This document shows positions 45,901 through 55,750 of a stretch of 64,000 bases of DNA, in pieces. Position 1 is the stretch's first letter; every line of letters starts with the position of its first letter. This stretch comes from a virus (taxonomy: Duplodnaviria; Caudoviricetes). The position numbers were made by a program, and so were the translations under genes. Location of the stretch: positions 45,901 to 109,900 of the IMG/VR virus record IMGVR_UViG_3300025751_000013; one strand, written 5' to 3'. The notes beneath the pieces were generated by a model. It made no database searches. It saw only the letters and a list, made by a program, of their open reading frames with translations, and was not told the origin of the DNA.

Positions 45901-46237
45901 TATGGAATATTTTGATCAAGATAATTTTTTTGATAGGCAGGATAATGAAAGAGTGCCTGTTACATCTAATGAATATAATGCATTAAATGGATATTTTGAA
46001 AAAAGAGGATTTAGTAAATCAAGTTCTAGAAAAATATCTGTAATGCTATTAGAACAAGCAAATAATAATAACATTCCAGTATTTCAATTAATAGATACAC
46101 TTAATGGGTTATCACCTGTAGAACTTAACACTACGATATCTCAAATTTTAAATTTTAATAGAACTAAATCTAGCACAATAGGTTTTTCTCAAAATTTAGA
46201 ATCTGCTAATTTTAGTCAAAGAAATATTATAATTTAA
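45893..46237 (+). CDS. Hypothetical protein in the tail module
   Basis: 114-aa ORF overlapping the upstream gene. Confidence 0.5.
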   Translation: MDNMEYFDQDNFFDRQDNERVPVTSNEYNALNGYFEKRGFSKSSSRKISVMLLEQANNNNIPVFQLIDTLNGLSPVELNTTISQILNFNRTKSSTIGFSQNLESANFSQRNIII

Positions 46238-46238
46238 A

Positions 46239-46679
46239 ATGGCTAGGTATGCACAAGGTAAGTATACGATTAAAAATCCTGAAAAGTATGCTGGTAACAA
46301 AGCTCCCACATATCGAAGTGGATGGGAATTTCACTTTATGAAATTTTGTGATGAGCATCCTTCTATTACACAATGGGCAAGTGAAGCAATACGTATTCCT
46401 TACAGAAATCCATTAACTGGCAAACACACCATTTATGTTCCAGATTTTTTTATAGCATATAATGATGCAAAAGGCAGAAGCCATGCCGAACTTATTGAAG
46501 TAAAACCTAGTAATCAAGCTGTAAAAGAAAATCTAGGAAAGTCAAAACATAATCAAGTTCATTATGTTATTAATCAAGCAAAGTGGGAAGCAGCACGAAC
46601 TTGGTCAAAACAAAATAAAATTACATTCCGTATCATAACTGAAAAAGATTTATACCACCAAGGCCGCACACGTAAATAG
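46239..46679 (+). CDS. gp4: Head completion nuclease (T4 gp4-like, TnsA-type)
   Basis: GKY...NP.KY, YRSGWE..FM..CD, WASE...IPY, YVPDF, EVKP, N.AKW.AA, ITE motifs. Confidence 0.9.
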   Translation: MARYAQGKYTIKNPEKYAGNKAPTYRSGWEFHFMKFCDEHPSITQWASEAIRIPYRNPLTGKHTIYVPDFFIAYNDAKGRSHAELIEVKPSNQAVKENLGKSKHNQVHYVINQAKWEAARTWSKQNKITFRIITEKDLYHQGRTRK

Positions 46680-46727
46680 GCTAAATACTTATGGAGAGGG
46701 CAAACTCCATAAATTGAGGGTAAGATT

Positions 46728-47213
46728 ATGATAGATCCAATTACAGCGATCACCGCCGCTACGGCTGCATTTAATGGTGTGAAAAAACTAGTTCATGCTG
46801 GTAGAGAAATTGAAGACGTTATGGGGCAACTGGGTAAGTGGTACGGTGCTGCTGCTGATTTAAACAGAGCAGAAGCACAACGTAAAAACCCTCCAATCTT
46901 TACAAAATTATTTAATAGCGGCTCTGTAGAAGAAGAAGCATTAGCCATTATCGTACAGAAGAAAAAACTGGCAGAACAAGAACAACAACTCCAAGACATG
47001 CTGAACATAAGATTTGGTTATGGTACTTGGAAAGAAATGATCGAATTGCGTAGAAAAATACGTAAGGAACGCGAAGAAACTTTGTACAAGCAGCAAGAAC
47101 GTAAGGCAGCATTTATGGAAGGTTTCCTTGTTATAATCCTACTTGTAGGCTTAGCTGGGTTGATAGGACTTTCTGTATGGCTAACAGGACTTGGTGCCGG
47201 CTGGTGGGGCTAA
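46728..47213 (+). CDS. Hypothetical protein with coiled coil and C-terminal transmembrane helix
   Basis: C-terminal hydrophobic stretch FLVIILLVGLAGLIGLSVWL. Confidence 0.6.
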   Translation: MIDPITAITAATAAFNGVKKLVHAGREIEDVMGQLGKWYGAAADLNRAEAQRKNPPIFTKLFNSGSVEEEALAIIVQKKKLAEQEQQLQDMLNIRFGYGTWKEMIELRRKIRKEREETLYKQQERKAAFMEGFLVIILLVGLAGLIGLSVWLTGLGAGWWG

Positions 47214-47783
47214 ATGGCAACACTTGTAGATAATAAATTACTCTTTATTCATATTCAAAAAAACGCTGGCACTAGTATATCTTTTTGGTTACATAAGTAT
47301 GCAGATGGCAGAAAAGTCGGCGGAAAGCATATACACTTAAATCGCTTACTAAGAGAACAGCGTTTTAATTTTTCTCGAGATATGTATAATTTTAGTTTTG
47401 CAGTTGTAAGAAATCCATTTTCTAAAACTGTAAGTGCATATAAGTATCTAAAAAAAAAAACTTATAAAAGAAATTGTAAAGCAAATATTACAATGCCGTT
47501 TCCTAGTTTTGAAGAGTGGATTACTACTATCGACGAAACTGGACATAAATGGGTATGGATGTCTCAAAAAAAATATCTCGAACAATGTAATTTAGTATTG
47601 AGATTTGAAAATCTCAACGAAGAGTTTAAACAAATTCAAGAGTATCTAAATTGTTATATACCATTAAGTAATGAAAATACATCCGGTACTACTACATATC
47701 AATCTTGGTATAATAAAAAAACTAAAAACATAGTATCAAATAGATTAAAAGAAGATATTAAATTTTACGGCTACGAATTTTAA
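47214..47783 (+). CDS. Sulfotransferase (Sulfotransfer_2-like)
   Basis: FIHIQKNAGTS (5'-PAPS loop), VRNPF...SAY (3'-phosphate motif), RFENL, D...YGY. Confidence 0.8.
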   Translation: MATLVDNKLLFIHIQKNAGTSISFWLHKYADGRKVGGKHIHLNRLLREQRFNFSRDMYNFSFAVVRNPFSKTVSAYKYLKKKTYKRNCKANITMPFPSFEEWITTIDETGHKWVWMSQKKYLEQCNLVLRFENLNEEFKQIQEYLNCYIPLSNENTSGTTTYQSWYNKKTKNIVSNRLKEDIKFYGYEF

Positions 47784-47815
47784 CTAAATACTTCAAATAA
47801 TATAGGTGTAATACT

Positions 47816-48319
47816 ATGACTAAAAAACTTGAAGACTTGCTTAATTTACCTGATTCGAGGGAAATTATTAAAAATGCTGAGAAGCAAGAAAAACAGCAAG
47901 CAAAATACGAAATCAAAGAACAAAATAAAACAATTCGTGATATAGAAGAGTTTGATAAAATAACTTCAGCACTACCTGCAGTTAAAGGCTTAGGAGATAT
48001 GGCTGATAAAGAACTTAACGAAGTTGCACAAAAAGCCATGGATGCATATGACGATTTAATGGACTTAGGTATGAATGTTGAGTCGCGTTATGCAAGCAGA
48101 GTATTTGAAGTTGCTGGCGGCATGCTTAAGACTTCTCTAGATGCTAAAACAGCAAAACTAGATAAAAAACTTAAAATGATAGAACTACAACTTAAAAAAG
48201 AAAAGCAAGATAGAGATTCAAATCCAAATAACAACGATATTGTTAATGGCGACGGATATGTTGTAACAGACCGTAATAGTTTATTAGCACAGCTAAAAGG
48301 CATGAATAAAGATAAATAG
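47816..48319 (+). CDS. Probable terminase small subunit
   Basis: Helical protein with C-terminal TDRNSLL upstream of the large terminase; late box CTAAATA at 47784-47790. Confidence 0.5.
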   Translation: MTKKLEDLLNLPDSREIIKNAEKQEKQQAKYEIKEQNKTIRDIEEFDKITSALPAVKGLGDMADKELNEVAQKAMDAYDDLMDLGMNVESRYASRVFEVAGGMLKTSLDAKTAKLDKKLKMIELQLKKEKQDRDSNPNNNDIVNGDGYVVTDRNSLLAQLKGMNKDK

Positions 48320-48335
48320 TATATAAGGAATTACA

Positions 48336-48845
48336 ATGAGATCATTTACTGAAATACTAACAGAGTCTAAAAAGACTTATGAATTTAAAATGGGCGTTGC
48401 TGGCGAATTACCGAAAGAATTTGAAGATACTTTAGAAACTTCTCTAAAGAAATTTGACATCCAAAGTATCGGCGCAGGAAAAAAGACACCGATACAAGAA
48501 CGTCCATTAGATTTTCCACAACTTCAAAATATGGAAGTTACTTACTACGATATTGAACTTGGCTATCCTACTACTCCGCAAGTAATGCAAGAGTATGTTG
48601 GACGTTGCTGCGGCATAGATCAAGCATATGTTATAGTAAGAGGGGCTAATGATCCTAGAGAAGATTACCAAGAAAAAGCTGACGAAGGTCCATATGAAAC
48701 TTTGTTAACAACTGAAGAATTAAAATCAGAAAGTGCGCAAGAATCAGCAGGCGAAAGTCGTGTAATGGAATTATTAAAAGAGCTTGAAACAGCAAGAAAA
48801 GAGCGTGAGCACGATCCTGCCGCGGCAGCACCAACGGAGAAATAA
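48336..48845 (+). CDS. Hypothetical protein, possibly prohead core/internal
   Basis: N-terminus MRSFTEILTE resembles the T4 capsid-targeting sequence MKTYQEFIAE; late box GATAAATA at 48311-48318. Confidence 0.5.
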   Translation: MRSFTEILTESKKTYEFKMGVAGELPKEFEDTLETSLKKFDIQSIGAGKKTPIQERPLDFPQLQNMEVTYYDIELGYPTTPQVMQEYVGRCCGIDQAYVIVRGANDPREDYQEKADEGPYETLLTTEELKSESAQESAGESRVMELLKELETARKEREHDPAAAAPTEK

Positions 48846-48846
48846 A

Positions 48847-49587
48847 ATGAATATGAAAAAATTATTAGAGTCAATGGACAACATCGAAGAGTGTGGCATG
48901 AATGCTAGTGCTGATCCAATGATGGCGCCAAAGCCAGCAGACGAAGGTATGCCAGTATCTATGAACATTAGTTTAAATGCTAGTGGTGAAAAAAATGTAT
49001 CAGACTTAATTAACATGATGAAAAATGCAGGCTTGGGAGGCGCTGCTCAAGTTACTCCGGATATGATGCCACCGCGTCAAGATATGGAACGACTACGTGA
49101 TATTGTAGACGAGCCAGCAGATGGATTAGCACCTGATGCAGATCAACTGCCAACAGAGCCGGAAATGGAACCTTCATTAGGTAAAGAAGAGATTGCTACA
49201 GACGACGAAGCTGATGTTGAAGGATATGCTAACGAACCAGAACCAGCATACGGTGACATGTCAGATGTGATACCAGACGGTAATGATTTAAACCGTAAGA
49301 AGAAATCACACCCACCAGTAGCAGGTGGTGATAATCCTATGGCACTTGCTGACGAAGATGAAACTACATATGCTATTAGAGGTAAAAGTCCTGAAGCACA
49401 AGAAGAATTATCACGTAAAGCAAATGCAAGTAATACAATGGAATCAAATATTAAATCAAAGTTAATGGCTGCACTATCTGAAAAGAAAAAACAACCAGAT
49501 TTAAATGACGACGGCAAGAATGACTTCAAGGATGTTCAGATTGCACGTAAGAACGCAGCAGCAAAAGCAGCAGCTAAAAGGAAATAA
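48847..49587 (+). CDS. Acidic low-complexity protein, possibly a head internal/scaffold component
   Basis: ATG at 48847 follows SD GGAG; MKKLLES start; D/E/P/M-rich. Confidence 0.5.
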   Translation: MNMKKLLESMDNIEECGMNASADPMMAPKPADEGMPVSMNISLNASGEKNVSDLINMMKNAGLGGAAQVTPDMMPPRQDMERLRDIVDEPADGLAPDADQLPTEPEMEPSLGKEEIATDDEADVEGYANEPEPAYGDMSDVIPDGNDLNRKKKSHPPVAGGDNPMALADEDETTYAIRGKSPEAQEELSRKANASNTMESNIKSKLMAALSEKKKQPDLNDDGKNDFKDVQIARKNAAAKAAAKRK

Positions 49588-49616
49588 GAACGTTCTACCG
49601 ACAGAGCGAACAGCCC

Positions 49617-49644
49617 AAATAGCACCTTAGGGTGCTATTTTTTT
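49617..49644 (+). terminator. Intrinsic terminator
   Basis: AAATAGCACC-TTAG-GGTGCTATTT followed by TTTT. Confidence 0.85.
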
Positions 49645-49658
49645 GACTAAATATTACT

Positions 49659-51239
49659 ATGGCAGCATCATTAGACGGCGTCTTAATTAAAAAGGCGAAT
49701 AAACAAGAAACATTTACTGAAGAGCAATTAGCAGATCTAATGGCATGTATGGATCCTGAAACAGGATACTTACATTTTGCAAAGAATTTTGCATATATTC
49801 AGCATCCAGTAAAAGGTAAGTTACTATACAACCCTTTTAAATATCAACTCGGACTAATGGATAGTTACCATAATTTTAGATTTAACATAAACATGATGCC
49901 TAGGCAGACAGGTAAAACTACATGTGCTAGTATATACCTTACATGGTATGCAATGTTTGTACCTGATCAAACTATACTTATTGCTGCACACAAGTATACA
50001 GGTGCTCAAGAGATTATGTCTCGTATACGCTTTGTTTACGAGAGTTGTCCTGATCATATTAGAGCAGGTGTAACATCATATAACAAAGGTAGTATTGAAT
50101 TTGAAAACGGTAGTAGAATAGTTTCGCAAACAACAACAGGCAACACAGGACGTGGTATGTCAATTTCGTTATTATACTGTGACGAGTTTGCGTTTGTGCA
50201 GCCAAACATTGCAGAAGAGTTTTGGACTTCGATATCACCTACACTAGCAACAGGTGGTCGTGCTATTATTACAAGCACACCAAACTCAGATGAAGATACG
50301 TTTGCTACTATTTGGAAACAAGCAGAAGACAAGTTTGATGCACACGGCAATGAAAACGATGTTGGCACAAACGGATTTCATAGTTTTAGATCAGAGTGGC
50401 ACGAACATCCTGATCGTGACGAGAAATGGAAAGAGGAAGAAATTGGACGTATCGGTGAAGAGAAGTTTCGCCGTGAATACGGCTGTGAATTCTTAGTATT
50501 TGACGAAACTTTAATTAACTCAATTAAACTAGCATCTATGGGAGGCAAAAGTCCGTTAGTAAATATGGGACAAACACGTTGGTATAAAAAACCAACAGAT
50601 GATTGCACATATGCAGTTGCATTAGATCCGTCAATGGGAACTGGTGGCGATAATGCTGCTATACAAGTATTTGAATTACCCAGTTATGAACAAGTTGCAG
50701 AATGGCAACATAACACAACGGCTATACCTGGACAGATCAGAGTGTTGGCGGACATCTGTAATTATCTTGTTTCTGAGACTGGTAATCCAAACGGAATTTA
50801 CTGGAGCGTGGAGAACAATGGCATAGGCGAGGCTGCGCTTATCGTTATAAACGACTTCGGTGAAGAGAACATTCCAGGTTTGTTTGTCAGTGAGCCTATC
50901 CGCAAAGGACACGTTCGTAAATTCCGTAAGGGTTTTAATACTACGCATAGTACAAAAATTACAGCGTGTAGTAGATTAAAAACAATGATCGAAAATGACA
51001 AAATGATTATACACAGTAAGCCGTTCTTATCTGAACTTAAAAATTATATTGCTACCGGATCTAGTTATCAAGCTAAACTAGGACAAACCGATGATTTAAT
51101 TAGTGCAACTCTTCTTGCGATCAGGATGATGGCAGTACTTAAAGATTGGGATCCTAGAATCTATAACACATTTACTCAAGCTGAAAATATGGACGACTAT
51201 GAACCTCCAATGCCGATCTTCATAAGTACCAATTATTGA
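49659..51239 (+). CDS. gp17: Terminase large subunit (T4 gp17-like)
   Basis: Walker A PRQTGKTT, Walker B LLYCDEFAF, ITSTPN, REYGCEF, nuclease motifs ALDPS and DDL. Confidence 0.96.
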   Translation: MAASLDGVLIKKANKQETFTEEQLADLMACMDPETGYLHFAKNFAYIQHPVKGKLLYNPFKYQLGLMDSYHNFRFNINMMPRQTGKTTCASIYLTWYAMFVPDQTILIAAHKYTGAQEIMSRIRFVYESCPDHIRAGVTSYNKGSIEFENGSRIVSQTTTGNTGRGMSISLLYCDEFAFVQPNIAEEFWTSISPTLATGGRAIITSTPNSDEDTFATIWKQAEDKFDAHGNENDVGTNGFHSFRSEWHEHPDRDEKWKEEEIGRIGEEKFRREYGCEFLVFDETLINSIKLASMGGKSPLVNMGQTRWYKKPTDDCTYAVALDPSMGTGGDNAAIQVFELPSYEQVAEWQHNTTAIPGQIRVLADICNYLVSETGNPNGIYWSVENNGIGEAALIVINDFGEENIPGLFVSEPIRKGHVRKFRKGFNTTHSTKITACSRLKTMIENDKMIIHSKPFLSELKNYIATGSSYQAKLGQTDDLISATLLAIRMMAVLKDWDPRIYNTFTQAENMDDYEPPMPIFISTNY

Positions 51240-51249
51240 TAAATACATT

Positions 51250-53235
51250 ATGAAAGATTTAGATACAATAGGTAAAGATTTATTTGACAAAATCCGTGGC
51301 CGTTTCACTAGTGTAACTATTGGCGGCGAGGACGGTAAAGTTACTAATGAACCATCTAAAGCAAGATTCTTTGATTTTGAATATTCAGAATCTAGCAGAG
51401 CATTAGGTAATGTAAGTATTCAAATAAGCGAAGACGACGGACTTACAATAATTTATTCTAAAGACATTGTTGCAAATGAAGATAGTGTAACAAAGGATAA
51501 CTGGTTTAACTTTTTAAAAGATATGAGGCAATTCAGTAAGAAACGCCTATTAGACTTTGATGTAAGAGACATCACTAAATCAAATTTAACAAAAAGAGAT
51601 TACAAGTTTTTATCAAAAAAACGTTTCGGAGACGATAATATGAACGAATCAAAACTATATGGCACAGCACGTACTAGCTATCAAAAGGTTGGCGAAGCAC
51701 GTATAATGATTAAGCACACAGAAAATGTAAACTTAGAAGCATCCAATCCACGTACAAAAAAGATTGGTACTATCTACATTGAAAGTGCAGGCGGTGAAAG
51801 ATTTAAGTATCCATTTAAGCACCTAAGTGGCGCAAGAGCAATGGCTCGTCACGTATCAGAAGGTGGCAACTTATACGATGATTTTGGTTCACACATTATT
51901 GGCTTATCAGAAGAGATGGCAAAACTACGCAAGTTTAAATCATATATGGGTCGTTCAGCAGTAATGGCTGAAAGCCTAAGCGAGTATGTTGATGTTGTTA
52001 AAGATCGTATTAATACAGTGAGAAAAACAATTACATCACTACAAAAACCAAAGTTTTATGCCGAAGCATTTGCTACATATGAAGCACCTATTTTAGAAGA
52101 TGTGCCAGCAGACGTTGCAGAGAACTGGACTGATCAACTTACTATTAAACAGTTCAACGAAGAATTAGCAGATGTATTCCCATACATTTATAAACTAGTA
52201 AGCGAAGCAACAAAAGCACAAGAATTAGGACCAGATGATTTAGTAAGAGAAGCAAAAGCAGATCCTAAAGTTGTAGCAAAGGAAGAAAAAAATAAAAAAA
52301 CTAAAGAAGAAATTGCTGTAGAGCATGGCTTTGAAGAAATGATGGGCCAGTTTAGCGAGGATAGAGAAATCAGTGCAGAAAATTTCCGTGGTGCAAAAGC
52401 AGCAGAAGCAGCAATGATTTCACATATTGCAGCAATGCATGATGCAGATGGTTATGAAGAAGTACATGATCAACTAGCAAAGATGTATCAGCAAGCAGCA
52501 GACATGTTTTATGACGAAGACCCTCAAGCAATGGAAATTTATAAAAAAGCAAATAAAATTGAAAAAGAAAATGGCTTGGACGAAATGATGGGACAGTTTA
52601 GTGAAGGCGGCATGTCTGACATTGATATACAAGCACAGGAATTTGCACAAGATGCAGTTGAAATGGCCAAAGACATTCAAAAAGATGATTATTACTTTAG
52701 TGATAGTACATACTTTGAATTTACTGATGGGCTAGACATGGACAATGACGCACTGATAGATCATGATTTGGTACAAGCAGTGTTAAGAGCACTTCCAAAC
52801 GTTGATATGGAACCTGAAGAAATCAAGCAAGCAGTTGATGCACTAGCAAACATGAACATCGGAGAAGACAACGAAAAACCAAAAGGTTCATTTGAACCAC
52901 ACCCTGGTGCTTTTGACTGGGATGCTAACATGGACGATGATGACGAAGACAGCGAAGTAGACAAAATAACACCTAAAAAAGACAAAAAGACACCACTAGG
53001 TGAGTTTATTCTAAGTTACTTTGATAGAGAAAACGGTGTATTTCCAAAAGGCGAAACTGCTGTATTAACTATGGTAGAAAAAGATTACGGCGAAGAGTTT
53101 ATTAATCCTGCTAAGTCATTCATTGAGCAAGTGTCAGCAAAGTTCGAAGAATATGAAATGCGTAATCAACCACAGCAAATGGAAACAGATAACGAAGAGT
53201 ACGATAGAATACGCGAGTTAGCTGGACTAAGATAA
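51250..53235 (+). CDS. Hypothetical structural protein with an acidic variable middle region
   Basis: 661 aa; internal direct repeat EMMGQFSE; C-terminal RIRELAGL; preceded by a late box. Confidence 0.55.
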   Translation: MKDLDTIGKDLFDKIRGRFTSVTIGGEDGKVTNEPSKARFFDFEYSESSRALGNVSIQISEDDGLTIIYSKDIVANEDSVTKDNWFNFLKDMRQFSKKRLLDFDVRDITKSNLTKRDYKFLSKKRFGDDNMNESKLYGTARTSYQKVGEARIMIKHTENVNLEASNPRTKKIGTIYIESAGGERFKYPFKHLSGARAMARHVSEGGNLYDDFGSHIIGLSEEMAKLRKFKSYMGRSAVMAESLSEYVDVVKDRINTVRKTITSLQKPKFYAEAFATYEAPILEDVPADVAENWTDQLTIKQFNEELADVFPYIYKLVSEATKAQELGPDDLVREAKADPKVVAKEEKNKKTKEEIAVEHGFEEMMGQFSEDREISAENFRGAKAAEAAMISHIAAMHDADGYEEVHDQLAKMYQQAADMFYDEDPQAMEIYKKANKIEKENGLDEMMGQFSEGGMSDIDIQAQEFAQDAVEMAKDIQKDDYYFSDSTYFEFTDGLDMDNDALIDHDLVQAVLRALPNVDMEPEEIKQAVDALANMNIGEDNEKPKGSFEPHPGAFDWDANMDDDDEDSEVDKITPKKDKKTPLGEFILSYFDRENGVFPKGETAVLTMVEKDYGEEFINPAKSFIEQVSAKFEEYEMRNQPQQMETDNEEYDRIRELAGLR

Positions 53236-53259
53236 ATCCAATAATAAAGCATTTTATGC

Positions 53260-53288
53260 TTGACAAGATAAATAATATCGTGTAGTAT
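53260..53288 (+). promoter_or_regulatory. Composite promoter: sigma70 TTGACA-17-TAGTAT with late box GATAAATA nested in the spacer
   Basis: TTGACA 53260-53265, GATAAATA 53267-53274, TAGTAT 53283-53288, upstream of gp32. Confidence 0.7.
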
Positions 53289-53357
53289 GTAATAGTGCTA
53301 CACATTTAGGCACACGACTTAAACAAAGACATAGGCAACATTATAGGAGGCACAACT

Positions 53358-54371
53358 ATGGCATCATTAGCAGAAATTAGAGCAAAGCTCAAAGAACAAG
53401 AATCACGCACAGGCGGTAATATAGCAAGCAGCGGCGGTGATAACAGCGTTTACCCATTTTGGAATATTAAAGAAGGCGAAAGTTGTACTTTCCGTTTCCT
53501 TCCTGATGGCGATGCTGACAACACTTTCTTTTGGAAAGAACGTTTAGTAATTAAACTTCCGTTCCAAGGTATTAAAGGAGAGACAGATTCACGTCCGGTA
53601 CAAGTACAAGTTCCGTGTATGGAAATGTACGGCGATTCCTGTCCAATTCTACAGGAAGTACGTGGTTGGTTTAAAGATCCATCATTAGAAGATATGGGTC
53701 GTAAATATTGGAAGAAACGTTCTTATATCTTCCAAGGATTTGTAACTGATAATCCACTAACAGAGGACACTACTCCTGAGAATCCAATTAGACGTTTTAT
53801 TATCGGTCCTCAAATTTTTCAAATTATTAAACAAGCTCTTATGGATCCTGACATGGAAGAACTACCAACAGATTATACTGCTGGTGTAGACTTCCGCCTT
53901 AACAAAACATCAAAAGGTGGTTATGCAGACTACGGCACAAGCACATGGGCACGTAGAGAGCGTCCATTAGGCGATGCTGAAATGCAGGCTGTTAATACAC
54001 ATGGACTGTTTAATCTTAACGATTTTCTTCCTAAAAAACCAGATGCAAATGCATTAAAAGTAATGCAAGAAATGTTTGAGGCGTCCGTAGACGGTGAAGC
54101 ATATGATGCAGATCGTTGGAGTAACTTCTTCCGTCCTGCAGGTATGCAAGCACGTACAGGTGATCCAATGAAAGCAGCATCACCACAAGCAACTGCTACA
54201 AGTCAAAGTGCGCCAGCCCCTGCTCCAGCAGCAGATCCACGCATGGATGACATTCCTTTTAAGTCAACTGAAGAAGCAGCATCAGAAGCAGCACCAGCAG
54301 CAGCCGCTGAACCTGCAGGCGGAGCACAAGACATTCTTGCAATGATTCGTGCAAGACAATCTCAATCATAA
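53358..54371 (+). CDS. gp32: Single-stranded DNA-binding protein (T4 gp32-like)
   Basis: FRFLP, C..MYGDSCPI, YWKKRSY, G.DF.L.K...GGYADY..S motifs; Ala/Pro-rich tail; upstream of uvsX. Confidence 0.85.
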   Translation: MASLAEIRAKLKEQESRTGGNIASSGGDNSVYPFWNIKEGESCTFRFLPDGDADNTFFWKERLVIKLPFQGIKGETDSRPVQVQVPCMEMYGDSCPILQEVRGWFKDPSLEDMGRKYWKKRSYIFQGFVTDNPLTEDTTPENPIRRFIIGPQIFQIIKQALMDPDMEELPTDYTAGVDFRLNKTSKGGYADYGTSTWARRERPLGDAEMQAVNTHGLFNLNDFLPKKPDANALKVMQEMFEASVDGEAYDADRWSNFFRPAGMQARTGDPMKAASPQATATSQSAPAPAPAADPRMDDIPFKSTEEAASEAAPAAAAEPAGGAQDILAMIRARQSQS

Positions 54372-54376
54372 AATCA

Positions 54377-54402
54377 TGTGGGGGAGAAATCCCCTACACT
54401 TT
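54377..54402 (+). terminator. GNRA-capped hairpin between gp32 and uvsX (terminator or stability element)
   Basis: TGTGGGGGA-GAAA-TCCCCTACA followed by CTTT. Confidence 0.6.
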
Positions 54403-54421
54403 GGCTTAATAAGGAGTAACT

Positions 54422-55501
54422 ATGGCTAAATCATTTGATGTTAGTAAGTTCCGTAAGGACTTAACAAAAAGCATATCAGGCATGAGTACAGGCTTTAATG
54501 ATCCAACTGATTGGATTAGCACAGGCTCATATGCACTGAACTATCTTATTAGCGGCGACTTTCACAAGGGTGTTCCGCTCGGTAAGGTAACTGTATTTGC
54601 AGGCGAATCAGGCGCAGGTAAATCTTACTTTTGTGCAGGTAATATTGTAAAACATGCACAAGAACAAGGCATCTTTGTAGTACTAATTGACTCAGAGAAC
54701 GCACTTGACGAATCGTGGCTACACGCACTAGATGTAGATACATCAGAAGAAAAACTACTTAAACTAAACATGAGTATGATTGATGACGTTGCTAAAACTA
54801 TTAGTACGTTTATGTCAGACTATAAATCTATGGCAGAAGAAGATCGTCCAAAGGTACTATTTGTAGTTGACTCATTAGGTATGTTACTAACACCTACTGA
54901 TATTGATCAGTTTAACAAAGGTGATATGAAAGGCGATATGGGGCGTAAGCCAAAGCAATTGACCGCACTTGTTCGTAACACTGTTAACATGATCGGTAGT
55001 TGTAATGTAGGCTTAGTATGTACTAATCACACTTATGCATCACAGGATATGTTTGATCCAGATGACAAGATTAGTGGCGGACAAGGCTTTATCTATGCAT
55101 CTTCAATTGTTGTAGCAATGAAAAAGATGAAACTAAAAGAAGACGAGGCTGGTAACAAGATTTCAGAAGTGCGTGGTATACGTGCAGGCTGTAAAGTTAT
55201 GAAGACTCGTTATGCAAAACCATTCGAAGGCGTGCAAGTAAAGATTCCATACGAAACAGGTATGAATCCTTATAGCGGACTAGTTGAATTGTTTGAAAAG
55301 AAAGGCTTACTAGAAAAACAAGGCAATCGCTTAAAATATATTGACGTAAATGGTGAAGAACATCTTGATTATAGAAAGGCATGGACAGGCGCCAAGCTTG
55401 ATATGATTATGAACCAATACGAAGAAAAACTTGCTCCTGTGCTAAATAACGACACAGCAGACGCAGACCTTATTGATGGAAGTGAGGAGGAGTCTGTATA
55501 A
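54422..55501 (+). CDS. uvsX: RecA-like recombinase
   Basis: STGSYALNYLISG, Walker A GESGAGKS, DSENA, VVDSLG, TNHTY, SGGQGFIYASS. Confidence 0.93.
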   Translation: MAKSFDVSKFRKDLTKSISGMSTGFNDPTDWISTGSYALNYLISGDFHKGVPLGKVTVFAGESGAGKSYFCAGNIVKHAQEQGIFVVLIDSENALDESWLHALDVDTSEEKLLKLNMSMIDDVAKTISTFMSDYKSMAEEDRPKVLFVVDSLGMLLTPTDIDQFNKGDMKGDMGRKPKQLTALVRNTVNMIGSCNVGLVCTNHTYASQDMFDPDDKISGGQGFIYASSIVVAMKKMKLKEDEAGNKISEVRGIRAGCKVMKTRYAKPFEGVQVKIPYETGMNPYSGLVELFEKKGLLEKQGNRLKYIDVNGEEHLDYRKAWTGAKLDMIMNQYEEKLAPVLNNDTADADLIDGSEEESV

Positions 55502-55519
55502 ATGAGGAGCAACTCGAAA

Positions 55520-55750
55520 ATGAATGAAGAACAAATAGCAGATATTTGGTCTTTGTTTAAAGAATATTTAGACAAGAAACAAATCGAACTAGCCGCCGAA
55601 AAGTACGTAGATCTTCTTGCTGACTATGGAGTAGATGATATAACACTTAAAGATTGTTTAGGTGTTGAGTCAAGTCTTGATGCAGCAATTCAATACTACT
55701 TAGCAGATGAAGACGATGAAGATGACGACCTAAACGAATGGGAAGACTAG
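55520..55750 (+). CDS. Small acidic hypothetical protein
   Basis: ATG at 55520 after SD GAGGAG; lies between uvsX and uvsY. Confidence 0.6.
   Translation: MNEEQIADIWSLFKEYLDKKQIELAAEKYVDLLADYGVDDITLKDCLGVESSLDAAIQYYLADEDDEDDDLNEWED

Noticed and set aside
49591-49608. Small hairpin CGTTCT-ACCGAC-AGAGCG upstream of the terminator as an ncRNA
   Set aside because: Only a 6-bp stem with a wobble pair; unsupported without comparative data.
49659-55501. Inteins or introns in terminase, gp32 or uvsX
   Set aside because: All have normal lengths and contiguous motifs.
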